A stretch of DNA of 22,784 nucleotides, counting the filler, from an uncultured delta proteobacterium (GTDB lineage: Bacteria; Desulfobacterota; Desulfobacteria; Desulfobacterales; SG8-13), in the NCBI GenBank assembly GCA_963848135.1. It is 2 parts of 2 records of this genome, joined end to end, with 100 filler letters (N's around TTAATTAATTAA, not from the genome) between each part and the next. Parts side by side here need not be neighbours in the genome. Positions count along the whole stretch, not along the records: positions 1 to 9,747 come from CAWKCK010000016.1; positions 9,848 to 22,784 come from CAWKCK010000018.1. One strand, written 5' to 3'. The position numbers were made by a program, and so were the translations under genes. This document shows, in pieces, positions 8,511 to 18,047 of the stretch (the first letter of the stretch is position 1; each line of letters starts with the position of its first letter). The notes below the pieces were generated by a model. It was not told the DNA's origin, ran no database searches, and saw only the letters and a program-made list of their open reading frames with translations.

Positions 8511-9584
8511 ATGTTTGAGTTGAAGATAAATCACCGCAGTGTCATTCCAGGAATCATTTGGGGCCTGTTATTCTGGTCTGTCATCCCTTTTTCAGCACTG
8601 GCTGACAACGTCCGGCCGGTCTATCTGGAACTCGAGGAAGTCTCATCCGGTAAAATCCGGGTCGTCTGGAAAGTTCCTCTGGGGCAGGGAATACCGCAGG
8701 GTCTCAAACCGGACTTCCCGAAGCGATTTCGCATTGTCCCCCCTCAGAAGCGGGTGAAGACCAATGACGCCATTATTGAAACGTGGGATATGATCATCGG
8801 TGATGGCGGTTTGGTCGGGGCGAAAATTAGCATAGACGGTCTCAAACAAACGACGACAGATGGACTGGTGCGTGTCCGGCTGGCCGATGGCTCGATTCAC
8901 CGGGTGGTTTTGCGTCCCACCGAAACCACGACAACAATTCCCGATCCTCGAAAAGCAGGGGGCGAACCCCAAAAATCAACCTTCTCTCTACTTCAGTTCA
9001 TCGGCCATTGGCGTTACGTTCTCTTGCTATCGGCGGCTTTTTTGTTCAGTCTGATGCCCGGCGCCCGTCGCAGGGGAATTCTCCTGTGCACGCTCGCACT
9101 CATTGCCGGCGCTTTAAGTGGGCATGCTCTGGGTCGATTACCGGTTTATGACAAAGTTTTCACTCAAAGCATGCCGACCAAAGCAGAGGCCGCAAGAATT
9201 CTTCAAGGCTTGATGTTGAATACCTATCGGGCATTCATGCTTCAGAAAGATGAAGACGTTTACGACACCCTGGCCCGCAGTGTTGCCGGTGAATTCTTGA
9301 GCGATGTCTATCTTCAGAACCGCGAAAAACTGAGGCTGGGAGGCACTGACGGGGCGATGGCCGTTATCCACCAGCTGGACATCAAGTCGATCGATTCCAT
9401 GGACCGAAAGAAGGATGGCCGCATCGGTATCGTTGCCAACTGGGATGTTTACGGTTCGGTGCATCATCAAAATCATGTCCACTACCGCTGCAATACCTAT
9501 ACGGCCCAGGTCATCATCAAACCGTCCGAAAAGTACTGGAAACTTGTCAAAATTGAACTCCTCGATCAACAGCGTGTGTTATGA
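8511..9584 (+). CDS. Exported/membrane protein: HupE/UreJ-associated N-terminal domain + 2 TM + uncharacterised His-cluster C-terminal domain
   Basis: Signal peptide, then DNVRPVYLELEE...VVWKVP...IDGLKQTTTDGLVRVRLADG. C-terminal part NTYRAF...YDTLARSVAGE...WDVYGSVHHQNHVHYRCNTY. Starts 14 bp after the PpiC gene. Confidence 0.7.
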   Translation: MFELKINHRSVIPGIIWGLLFWSVIPFSALADNVRPVYLELEEVSSGKIRVVWKVPLGQGIPQGLKPDFPKRFRIVPPQKRVKTNDAIIETWDMIIGDGGLVGAKISIDGLKQTTTDGLVRVRLADGSIHRVVLRPTETTTTIPDPRKAGGEPQKSTFSLLQFIGHWRYVLLLSAAFLFSLMPGARRRGILLCTLALIAGALSGHALGRLPVYDKVFTQSMPTKAEAARILQGLMLNTYRAFMLQKDEDVYDTLARSVAGEFLSDVYLQNREKLRLGGTDGAMAVIHQLDIKSIDSMDRKKDGRIGIVANWDVYGSVHHQNHVHYRCNTYTAQVIIKPSEKYWKLVKIELLDQQRVL

Positions 9585-9747
9585 AAATGTGCAATGGCTC
9601 TGAGCGTAGAAGCTTCGACAGCGGATGGGTATTTTTAAATTTGATATTTTTGAAAAAAGCTGCCATATAATTAGGTTTTTCTTACGAAACAAACGTGTGA
9701 ATGGTCTGTTGCCCCTCTGGCAGGGTCCGTACCAAGTTTCAGGGACA

Positions 9748-9847
9748 NNNNNNNNNNNNNNNNNNNNNNNNNNNNNNNNNNNNNNNNNNNNTTAATTAAT
9801 TAANNNNNNNNNNNNNNNNNNNNNNNNNNNNNNNNNNNNNNNNNNNN
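9748..9847. other. Artificial contig linker (N44-TTAATTAATTAA-N44)
   Basis: Exactly 100 bp and symmetric, with a core giving stop codons in all six frames. Confidence 0.98.
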
Positions 9848-10003
9848 GCTCCGCCGCCTTGTAGCGCCGGAGCCTTGTCTTCTTGATTAACGCTTCACTG
9901 GTAAGCATATTGCCGGCGTCTCAATCGGTCCTGGGAACCGTTGCCTGTGGTCCACACAGCAGGTGACCTGGAATTTATCCGCCAGCAATAAGCCTGCGGC
10001 CAC

Positions 10004-10522
10004 TTAAAAATCCAAATTGGCCGGTTCGTAGAATTCGCTTGGGTGTTTGCAAATATGCACATTTCGGCGGTGGTTCGACACCCTCTACTATATAGCCGCA
10101 AATGCTGCATTTCCATTTGATCGCTTGTTCGCGCTTAAAAACAGTGCCAGCCTCGACCATCTGGAGCAATTTTCGGTACCTTTCTCTGTGATGCGCCTCG
10201 ATTTTGGCAACCTGCTTGAAGGCCATGGCCGCTTCCTTTTCGCCTTCTTCCTCAGCGTCTTTGGCAAAGCCGGGTACATGCTTTCGACTTCGTATCTTCC
10301 CCTCCAAAAGTTCCTTGAGGTTGGCCCCGTATCCCCTATTCCGTTCAGCAGTTTGAGATGATCCTTAGCATGCTGTTTTTCATTCTCAGCCGTTTCTTCA
10401 AATATTTTGGCAATGTAATGGTAGCCCTCTTTCCGGGCAACTTTGGCGAAAAACGTATACTTGTTTCTTGCCTGGGACTCACCTGCGAACGCAGCCTTCA
10501 AATTGTCGGTCGTCTTACTCAT
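10004..10522 (-). CDS. rbr: Rubrerythrin (frameshifted in this assembly; about 173 aa when repaired)
   Basis: NLKAAFAGESQARNKY...EETAENEKQHA, YEVESMYP, EAHHRERY, WKCSICGY and a repaired CAYCKHPSEFYEPANLDF*. About 5 single-base indels lie between about 10050 and 10330. Confidence 0.92.
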
Positions 10523-10578
10523 TCTTTTTCCTTTCTGTTGTTATTGTTATCAGATATGGCCTATCGTCATGGACGATC

Positions 10579-11013
10579 TTACTTACTGCACGCATTGCAA
10601 ATCCCTTTGAGAACTACCCTTTTGCGCTTCACCTGAAAATAGGTGTGAATATCCTCCGGAACGTCCAGGTTATCTAACCGACGTTAATGAAATCCTGGAT
10701 CTTTCCACATCGCATACAATGCAGATGGTGATGGTCGATTACGTTCGTATCAAATCGTTTGGCCCCGCCGTAGATCTCGACGACGTCCAGGATGCCGATT
10801 TCCGCAAATGTCAGCAAGGTGCGGTTGACCGTGTCGAACGAAATGTTCGGGTACTCTTTTTTGACAGCCTGATAGACGCATCGGCTGTGGGATGTTTGTC
10901 TGAAATTAACAACTCTCTATAAATAGCGACTCTCTGGGGTGTGATCTTGAGCAGATGACTTTGACAGATCTGAATGAACTCGTAGTATTTTCTTTTTCTG
11001 TCAGTTGTTGCAT
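10579..11013 (-). CDS. perR: Fur-family peroxide-responsive regulator PerR (frameshifted; about 145 aa when repaired)
   Basis: AGGAG RBS and ATG 11013. Motifs KITPQRVAIY, HPTAD, YPNISFDTVNRTL, RFDTNVIDHHHLHCMRCGKIQD and LKGICNAC are spread over frames by three 1-nt deletions. Directly upstream of rubrerythrin. Confidence 0.85.
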
Positions 11014-11020
11014 ATCTCCT

Positions 11021-11046
11021 AAATAATATTAAATCCAATTTGTCAA
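11021..11046 (-). promoter_or_regulatory. Candidate perR promoter/operator
   Basis: Minus strand TTGACA (11041-11046) is immediately followed by an AT-rich imperfect palindrome AAATTGGATT-T-AATATTATTT next to the RBS. The -10 is not clear. Confidence 0.35.
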
Positions 11047-11163
11047 GATAATTTGCCCGGCAGCATTCTGAGTGTTCAAATTTTTTAGTTCCATGAATAA
11101 CCCACAACGATCGCGAATACTCATGGCTTGGGCTCGTGAAGGAAGAACAAAAGGGTATTGAGA

Positions 11164-11442
11164 TCATCGGGTGTGATCAACACGCCCAGTGCAATATATC
11201 CAGGCCATTTGTAAACCCGGCTGTCCTCTCTGACTACTCTTCTTTATGTCATCAACCAGCTCCCTGACAATGGAAAGCACGTTGCGCCCCCTTTGGCGAG
11301 CGATACGATGTGCCTCGTCCACCAGAATGGTTGCCCGCTGCTTCAGCACACTCTGGGGGGGCAAATCGATTTCATGTCTTTGGTAATGCCAGGCCAGCAA
11401 TCGCGTGGCCACATTTTCTTCCTGTTGTCTAATAAAACCCAC
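11164..11442 (-). CDS. Small hypothetical helical protein
   Basis: AAGGAGG RBS before GTG 11442; GFIRQQEE...LVDEAHRIARQRGRNVLSIVRELV. The C-terminal tail may be an indel artefact. Confidence 0.65.
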   Translation of the reverse strand: MGFIRQQEENVATRLLAWHYQRHEIDLPPQSVLKQRATILVDEAHRIARQRGRNVLSIVRELVDDIKKSSQRGQPGLQMAWIYCTGRVDHTR

Positions 11443-11625
11443 GCTGCCATCCCTCCTTATTTGATAATTCAACTAATGCTTTCGACTTTCCCATGCGCAG
11501 CGCATTGTGTTTTCTGCGTCTTTGCACCGCGCGGGGAAGCTGCAAATGCGCATGCCGGCACCAGACCCCCTGAAAGACGAACTTAACCAGCTGAACGGCG
11601 TACGCATAGTTTTGCGTAGAAAAAC

Positions 11626-13135
11626 TTAGTCATTTTGCCGGCAAATCTTCAGTATCACTTCCTCAAGAATCAAGTGCTTGTTATCGCTACCGGATTTGAT
11701 GCGCAAGTCGGCCATCGAAAGGTATTCGTAAGCTTGGAGGAGTTCCTGTTTCGAAAAATTCTCCGCGTTGTTGAAAAGTTGATATATTGGGTAGGGATTA
11801 TGTGGAAATTTGGCAAGCAACAAATCCGTTTTCAATTGCTTTTTTTTTCCGCGGCTCCGCTTCTTCAGCGGCTTGACTTCGTCATTAACCGGTCCATCCA
11901 GATCATCCCGCCATTGCTGCAGTGTTTCGAGCAGCTTTGAATCGGATTTTTCTACCACTGGCAAGACGTTGGTTCTAAATGTATTATAGTGACAGCCTGA
12001 ACGCCAGATCTGTCCAAGAGGGCTGGAGACAAATTCTTTGATCAACAATAGTTTCCTGACCTGGTTCAAAAGGGCGACCAGTATCTGCTCAGCCCGCAGG
12101 GCGTCCTGTCCCGCAGACATCAGCGCATTCATAAAAAACAAAGCGTCTTCCCTGTTGCGGGACGTAAATGCCCCCGTAAAGGCGTAGACAGGATCCTTTT
12201 TCGTCCGTTTGAGCGTCGAGACGATGTCTTTCCGAGTGATAATATCTCTGCCACCAACGTAACTCACAAGCTTTTCTAAATTGTTAACAATAGCCCTGAG
12301 TTCAAAACCGGTTGTCTCGATCAGGGCCTTATAAGCGTCAGGTGCCAATGATTTACCGCTATCGCGTAGAACGGCATGTACCGTATCTGCCAACACCGCC
12401 TCCTGGGCGGTTTTATCTGCCTTGCGATCGCCCTTGGGAACGGAACAGTCGACGATAACGCCTTGTTCCCGAATGGTCTTATATAGTTTACGGCGTTTGT
12501 CGACCGTGTCAGTTGTTATCAGCAAGCGATGTCCAGCCGGGAATCCTTTTTCGATCGCACGGCAAAGTATGCTCTCATTGTCTATTATTTTTGGAACCTT
12601 GCGCCCCTTTTCCAGGCAAAACGCGATGATATCGTCCAAACACCGATCGTCATCCGGTAGTTCTATCCCAGCAGGAAGGCTCTCCCGCCGGTTCGGTAAA
12701 GACAGATCATCAAAGGAAAGATTCACCAGGGCCATAAATCGCAAAAGGTAGTCGGCCGCTCGATCAGGTTCTGATTTTCATCGCCTTCACGGCAGTGAGC
12801 AAAATATTTTCCGCATTTGTTTTCGAATCGAAAATCTGGGCTTCCAGCAAACCGACAACTTTCGGGCCGGACAGCAATGAAAACGTGTTTATTTTCTCGA
12901 TGGCCTCAGAGACACCGTCATCGTTCCCGTCAATGGGTTCGAAATTGAAGCTTTGATTGGATTCAGGTACCAATCTGTCTAACACCTTTTTAAAAGCCGC
13001 TTTGCAGAGCATTTCTTCGCCATAGATCAGGTATACAGCGAACGGCAAATTGCCACGGTCGTTAGCCTTGTTGTCGTTTACAGAATCGAGACCATTAAGA
13101 TGGTCATCCAAGGTTTTGTAGTTTAGCTCGGTCAT
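11626..13135 (-). CDS. holA: DNA polymerase III delta subunit (long form, about 503 aa; split by indels at about 12760-12790)
   Basis: N-part VYLIYGEE...FNFEPIDG...NTFSLLSGPKVV. C-part VDKRRKLYK, NNLEKLVSYVG and ADLRIKSG...LILEEVILKIC. Two 1-nt insertions join the ORFs. Confidence 0.88.
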
Positions 13136-13165
13136 GGTAAATTTATTGATGGGCGACAATGTCGT

Positions 13166-13942
13166 TCAGGGGCCCTCCGGGATGGGATGTCGGGATCGGT
13201 GCCACAGATATAACAACATGCTCAACCCAGTAACGGCAATGAAGGCACATATGATTTGCGAGTTCGAGATAATCGCTGGCGATGGTTTGGTATATCCTGG
13301 AAAATCGAGAGTATCTACCAGCAATTGAAGCGTGCTGTGAAGTATGACGAAAACCCAGAAGACCCTTCCATCGAAATTTCTGTGCCCTCGCAACATCAGA
13401 AGGATAATGAAAATGAGAAAACTGCCGCTGGCCAGATAAAAGGGTCTCGGATGCAGCATCGCCAACATACTGGTCAGGCCTTCCTCCGGCCAGGCAAGAT
13501 AACCCTCGATCATCGATTCTGTGCGCCTTCCGGGACAAAGGCCCGAAAAAAAGCAGCCAATCCACACAAAAAAATGACCGATTGCCAGGGTCGGTGCAAA
13601 CATGTCGGCGGTTTTCCATAACGGCAATCGCGCATGCCTGATAAATATCAGCCCGACGATGAGGGCGGCAGTCGCCCCGCCATAATAAAACGATCCACCG
13701 TTCCAAAGACGTAAAATTTCCAACGGATCGGCGAAAATGACCTCAGGATTGTAGTACAGGTCACTAAACCTTGCTCCGGCGATTGCCGCAAGCATCAACC
13801 AGAAACAGAGGTCTGCAATGCGGTTTTCGGCACCGCCGGAAGACCGGATCTCAGCCTTAATCATCTGGAGACCGGCGATAAGCGCCACAGAAACGAAGAC
13901 GCCGAAGACAATCGACGGTAGTATATCGGCATCGAAGATCAT
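13166..13942 (-). CDS. lgt: Prolipoprotein diacylglyceryl transferase (Lgt) homologue with degenerate active-site motifs
   Basis: Motifs AIAGARF, DPLEILRLWNGGSFYYGG, ADMFAPTLAIG..WIGCFFSG, LHP..FY, FDGRVF and ISNSQII. Located right after lspA. Confidence 0.85.
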   Translation of the reverse strand: MIFDADILPSIVFGVFVSVALIAGLQMIKAEIRSSGGAENRIADLCFWLMLAAIAGARFSDLYYNPEVIFADPLEILRLWNGGSFYYGGATAALIVGLIFIRHARLPLWKTADMFAPTLAIGHFFVWIGCFFSGLCPGRRTESMIEGYLAWPEEGLTSMLAMLHPRPFYLASGSFLIFIILLMLRGHRNFDGRVFWVFVILHSTLQLLVDTLDFPGYTKPSPAIISNSQIICAFIAVTGLSMLLYLWHRSRHPIPEGP

Positions 13943-14061
13943 CGCGTATTGTCATTGACCCGTGCGGCATTTGCTTGAATTTTGCACGCGTCTGAAAAAT
14001 GGTACACTGCTTCTTCGGTCGGAATGCTTTTCGGCAGAACCCTGGGTAAGGCCCTTCCGAT

Positions 14062-14559
14062 CTACTCTGGTAACTTCTTGAACAGCAGGTGGAGGATGAA
14101 AATTCCTATACCGATAGTTATGGCGCTATCGGCGACGTTAAATGCCGGCCAGTGAAAGTTCCCGATATAGAAATCGAGAAAATCGACAACCTTTCCCAAT
14201 CGAATCCGATCGATAAGATTACCGATGGCACCGCCGAAAATCAATGCAAAAGCGCTGCCCAGTAGAGGATACGACGCCGGTGTTTTCATGTAGTACCACA
14301 GGATCAACCCTACCGCCAGAAGGGAAACGAAGAGAAAAACCACTTTGCGCAGGATCGGGTCGGATTCCGCCAGGAAACCGAATGCTCCTCCAGGATTGTG
14401 AATATGGATAAGATTGAAAAAACCGGGAATCACAGCAATGGTATCGTAAAGCTTCAAGTAGTGCGCTATCAGCGTTTTGGTGACCTGGTCGAGAAGCACC
14501 ACCATGCCGCTGATGACCAGCAGCCTCGTTATCTTGTTTCCCTCTATTGTCACAATCAC
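14062..14559 (-). CDS. lspA: Lipoprotein signal peptidase II
   Basis: Motifs LDQVTK, NPGGAFG, GGAIGNLIDR, VVDFLD and WPAFNVADSAI, with both catalytic Asp present. Follows ileS. Confidence 0.97.
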   Translation of the reverse strand: MIVTIEGNKITRLLVISGMVVLLDQVTKTLIAHYLKLYDTIAVIPGFFNLIHIHNPGGAFGFLAESDPILRKVVFLFVSLLAVGLILWYYMKTPASYPLLGSAFALIFGGAIGNLIDRIRLGKVVDFLDFYIGNFHWPAFNVADSAITIGIGIFILHLLFKKLPE

Positions 14560-14801
14560 GCTCTTATTTAGTGTTGATCCATAGAAGGATTTTTTAACGC
14601 TGGGATCGCCATGGCGGGATTATCCGCAGGTTTAAAAGGCTGCGGCTCAAATACAGTGCCCCTCGCCGCAGACCTTTGTGCGGTCTTGCCCAGCATAAAA
14701 TTTCTCATTTATGAATTTGACACTCAAAATAGCCTTATCCAATTGTGGATGGCCGACTTAGAAATACGGCCTTCACAAACGCGCAGTCCATCGACTATTC
14801 G

Positions 14802-17603
14802 TCAGTCAGTCATTTCTTCCAGCGATGATTTGCAGCGGTTGCAGATCCTCGGATGATCGTCGAAAGTACCGACCGATGTATCATGAACCCAACAGCGTTC
14901 GCATTTTTCACCTGCCGCTCTTTCAACGAGTACCTGCAATCCCTCTATTTCCTCACTCTCGTATGCATTATCAAATTTTGCATCAATAACAAGCGCGGTC
15001 TGGGAGACGATAAAAATGGATCGTAACTCCCCGGCATACGGCGCCAATACAGCGTGTTGGGCTTTGGGAACCGAGATGGTGACGGCGGCATCCAGCGGGT
15101 GGCCAATAAGTTTTCGCGCCCTGGCGGCCTCGAGCGCTTTGGTAACCTCTGCCCTAACGGACAGCAGATTTTCCCAGTTCTTTTGCAGGTCTTCGTTCTT
15201 CCACTCGGCATGCACCTTCGGCAGGGTGGTCATGTGAATGCTCTCAGCTTTTCCCGGTCGATCGGGCATATGGGCCCAAATCTCCTCGGAGGAAAATACG
15301 AGAATGGGTGCCATCAAGCGGGCCATTGCATCCACAATGGTATACATCACCGTCTGGGCGCTTCTCCGCCCGCTCGAACCGGCCGGTGAGGTATAAAGAC
15401 GGTCTTTGAGAATATCCAGATAAAAAGCCGACAGATCAAGGGTACAGTAGTTGTATAGACGGTGATAAATCACGTGAAAATCGAATTTTTCGTAGGCTTT
15501 GTCGACAATTTCCGTTAGTTCTTGAAGCTTGTGCAGGGCAAACCGGTCGATTTGCGGCATTGCATCATAGGCAAGGCTGTCCGTCTCCGGGTTAAAGTCG
15601 TAGAGGTTACCCAACATGAATCGGGCGGTGTTGCGGATACGGCGATAGGCATCACTGAGCTGTTTGAGAATGTTTTCGGAAATCCGTACGTCTTCCCGAT
15701 AGTCGGAGGCCGTCACCCAAAGACGCAGGATTTCGGCACCGTATTTGTCGATAACTTCTTTGGGGGCAACGACATTGCCAATCGATTTTGACATCTTACG
15801 GCCATCGGCATCCACGACGAATCCATGGGTCAGAACCGATTTATATGGCGCACGATCACGTGTCCCCACGGCAGTCAGTAATGAGCTGTGAAACCATCCC
15901 CGGTGCTGGTCACTCCCCTCCAGGTATAGATCCGCCGGCCAGTTCAAATTTGATCGCTGTTCCAGAACGGCTGCGTGGCTGACGCCTGAATCGAACCAAA
16001 CATCCAGAATATCGTCTTCTTTTTTAACGGATTTGCTGCCGCATTCGGGGCATGCGGCGTCGGCCGGTAAAAAATACTCGGCCGGTTTTTCGAACCAAAT
16101 GTCGGCACCGTGGGTGGCAAACAGGTCACAAACGCGATTCATGATGACTTCGTCGCGTAAAAGCGTGCCGCAGTCTTCACAGTAAAACACCGCAATTGGA
16201 ACTCCCCAGGCCCGTTGCCGTGACACACACCAATCGGGTCGATTTTCGATCATCCCATATATGCGCTCGCGACCCCAGCCAGGAATCCACTTGACCCGAT
16301 CGATTTCTTCCAAGGTTCTTTGGCGCAACCCCGTCTTATCCATGGAAATAAACCACTGGGGCGTGGCCCGGAAAATGACGGGTTGTTTGCAGCGCCAACA
16401 GTGAGGGTAGGAATGCTCGAAATTCGCCTCAACGATCAAAGCCCCATGTTCCTTGAGTTTGGCATTTATGGCCTTGTTGGCGTCAAATACAAACTGCCCC
16501 TTGAAAAATTCGACATCTTCGGTAAACCGTCCGCGATCGTCGACGGGAGAATAAACTTCCAACCCGTATTGGAGACCGACCTCGTAATCCTCGCGCCCGT
16601 GCCCGGGAGCGGTGTGCACGCAACCGGTTCCGGCCTCAAGGGTTACATGATTTCCCAGGATGATAAGCGAATCCCGTTCGTAAAGGGGATGCCGACACGT
16701 CTTGCGTTCCAGGCGCTCGGCCCCGATTTCGGCCAAGATCCGGTAAGTGCCAATGCCAAAAGTGAGCATGCAGGCGTCTACCAAATCTTTCGCTATAATC
16801 AGAACCTCGTTCCGCCCCACATCCACGGCCGAATAAATAAAATCAGGGTGCAGGGCAACGGCCATATTCGCCGGAAGGGTCCACGGGGTGGTGGTCCAAA
16901 TGACCACAGAAACCTTCTTGCCAGCGAGATCTGGAAATTCCTGGCTCAAGTCATCCTTTAAGGGAAACTTTACGAATATGGAGGGCGACGCCTCGTCTGC
17001 GTATTCGATTTCTGCCTCAGCCAATGCGGTCTGGCAGTCGTTGCACCAGTAAATCGGTTTTTTGCTTCTAAACAAGCTGTTATTCAGCACAAATCTCCAG
17101 CACTCACGGGCGATCGTCGACTCGTAAAGATAATTCATTGTCAGATAGGGATTATCCCATTCGCCCATAACACCCAAGCGTTTGAATTCTTCCCGCTGAA
17201 TATCGATGAATTTTTCGGCATATGTCCGGCAGAGGCGGCGCACGTCGGTCAATGAAAGATCCTTCTTTTTCTGGCCGAGTTCCTTGTCGACGTTGTGTTC
17301 AATGGGGAGCCCGTGACAGTCCCAGCCGGGCACATAAACGGCATCATATCCGGACATCTGCCGCGACCGCACGATCATATCTTTAAGAATCTTATTCATC
17401 GCGGTCCCAATATGGATGTGGCCATTGGCATAGGGCGGTCCGTCGTGCAGGATAAATCGCTCGCAACCGTCTGAAGCCGTTCTGATTTTCGTGTGCAGCT
17501 GCATCTTTTCCCAGTCGCCCAATTGTGCGGGTTCGCGGTTGGCAAGATTCGCCTTCATCGGAAATTTCGTAGACGGCAGATTGAGCGTTTTCTTGTAGTC
17601 CAT
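14802..17603 (-). CDS. ileS: Isoleucyl-tRNA synthetase (type 1)
   Basis: Motifs [66 protein letters not shown] and C-terminal Zn finger CERCW...CNRC. GGAGG RBS. Confidence 0.99.
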   Translation of the reverse strand: MDYKKTLNLPSTKFPMKANLANREPAQLGDWEKMQLHTKIRTASDGCERFILHDGPPYANGHIHIGTAMNKILKDMIVRSRQMSGYDAVYVPGWDCHGLPIEHNVDKELGQKKKDLSLTDVRRLCRTYAEKFIDIQREEFKRLGVMGEWDNPYLTMNYLYESTIARECWRFVLNNSLFRSKKPIYWCNDCQTALAEAEIEYADEASPSIFVKFPLKDDLSQEFPDLAGKKVSVVIWTTTPWTLPANMAVALHPDFIYSAVDVGRNEVLIIAKDLVDACMLTFGIGTYRILAEIGAERLERKTCRHPLYERDSLIILGNHVTLEAGTGCVHTAPGHGREDYEVGLQYGLEVYSPVDDRGRFTEDVEFFKGQFVFDANKAINAKLKEHGALIVEANFEHSYPHCWRCKQPVIFRATPQWFISMDKTGLRQRTLEEIDRVKWIPGWGRERIYGMIENRPDWCVSRQRAWGVPIAVFYCEDCGTLLRDEVIMNRVCDLFATHGADIWFEKPAEYFLPADAACPECGSKSVKKEDDILDVWFDSGVSHAAVLEQRSNLNWPADLYLEGSDQHRGWFHSSLLTAVGTRDRAPYKSVLTHGFVVDADGRKMSKSIGNVVAPKEVIDKYGAEILRLWVTASDYREDVRISENILKQLSDAYRRIRNTARFMLGNLYDFNPETDSLAYDAMPQIDRFALHKLQELTEIVDKAYEKFDFHVIYHRLYNYCTLDLSAFYLDILKDRLYTSPAGSSGRRSAQTVMYTIVDAMARLMAPILVFSSEEIWAHMPDRPGKAESIHMTTLPKVHAEWKNEDLQKNWENLLSVRAEVTKALEAARARKLIGHPLDAAVTISVPKAQHAVLAPYAGELRSIFIVSQTALVIDAKFDNAYESEEIEGLQVLVERAAGEKCERCWVHDTSVGTFDDHPRICNRCKSSLEEMTD

Positions 17604-17740
17604 TACGCCTCCAAATTCGGATGTTGATATATAGTGGCTGTCACAAATATGTTCCGCATCTCGAAAGTTTGTCCTACAACCACGTATACCACCCTTCCGT
17701 ATTTCGGATTATATTGTTGAAAAGCGGTATAAAGCGGAAA

Positions 17741-17769
17741 TTTGTACTCAACAAACGATTTGGTGTCAA
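17741..17769 (-). promoter_or_regulatory. Sigma70-type promoter for the ileS operon
   Basis: Minus strand TTGACA-17 bp-TACAAA, about 140 bp upstream of ileS. Confidence 0.55.
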
Positions 17770-18016
17770 GCAAATACGATATCCGCAAAGCAGTCGCCAC
17801 TTTATCAGCATGTGCCAGGAAAAATTTTTGTCGGAGGAAATAACGCGGTCGGCGGGTGCAAAAAGTGCCCTTGGCAATGTTGTCCAGGGGCACCAATGGT
17901 GCCATCCGGCGGCTGGATTCAACCGCCGAAACGGTTTCTATGGAGCGGCATCTGTGCCGAGATGTGAAATCAAAGCCCTATCTGACACCCAATTGCGGTG
18001 TTGTGGTCCTCCTTGG

Positions 18017-18047
18017 TCAGTGTCATGGGCCCTGCCCATGACACTGA
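18017..18047. terminator. Perfect 14-bp hairpin downstream of ugd (terminator or stabilising stem)
   Basis: TCAGTGTCATGGGC-CCT-GCCCATGACACTGA; no U-tract on the minus strand. Confidence 0.5.

Noticed and set aside
9722..9747. Possible IS terminal repeat at the left contig end (AGGGTCCGTACCAAGTTTCAGGGACA)
   Set aside because: No partner repeat or transposase is visible; cannot be supported without an ISfinder search.
9792..9803. TTAATTAATTAA palindrome as a biological site
   Set aside because: It is part of the artificial linker.
10004..11013. rbr and perR as genuine pseudogenes or programmed frameshifts
   Set aside because: There are multiple scattered 1-nt indels without slippery-site logic, and essential holA shows the same pattern, so sequencing error is more parsimonious.
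16320..16961. 213-aa plus-strand ORF and similar ORFs antisense to ileS, DUF3604 and other genes
   Set aside because: Shadow ORFs of well-supported genes.
17679..17698. T-box-like AAGGGTGGTA on the minus strand in the ileS leader
   Set aside because: Lacks the UGGNACC bulge (reads UGGUAUAC), lies only about 45 nt from the predicted promoter so there is no room for stem I, and no terminator follows.
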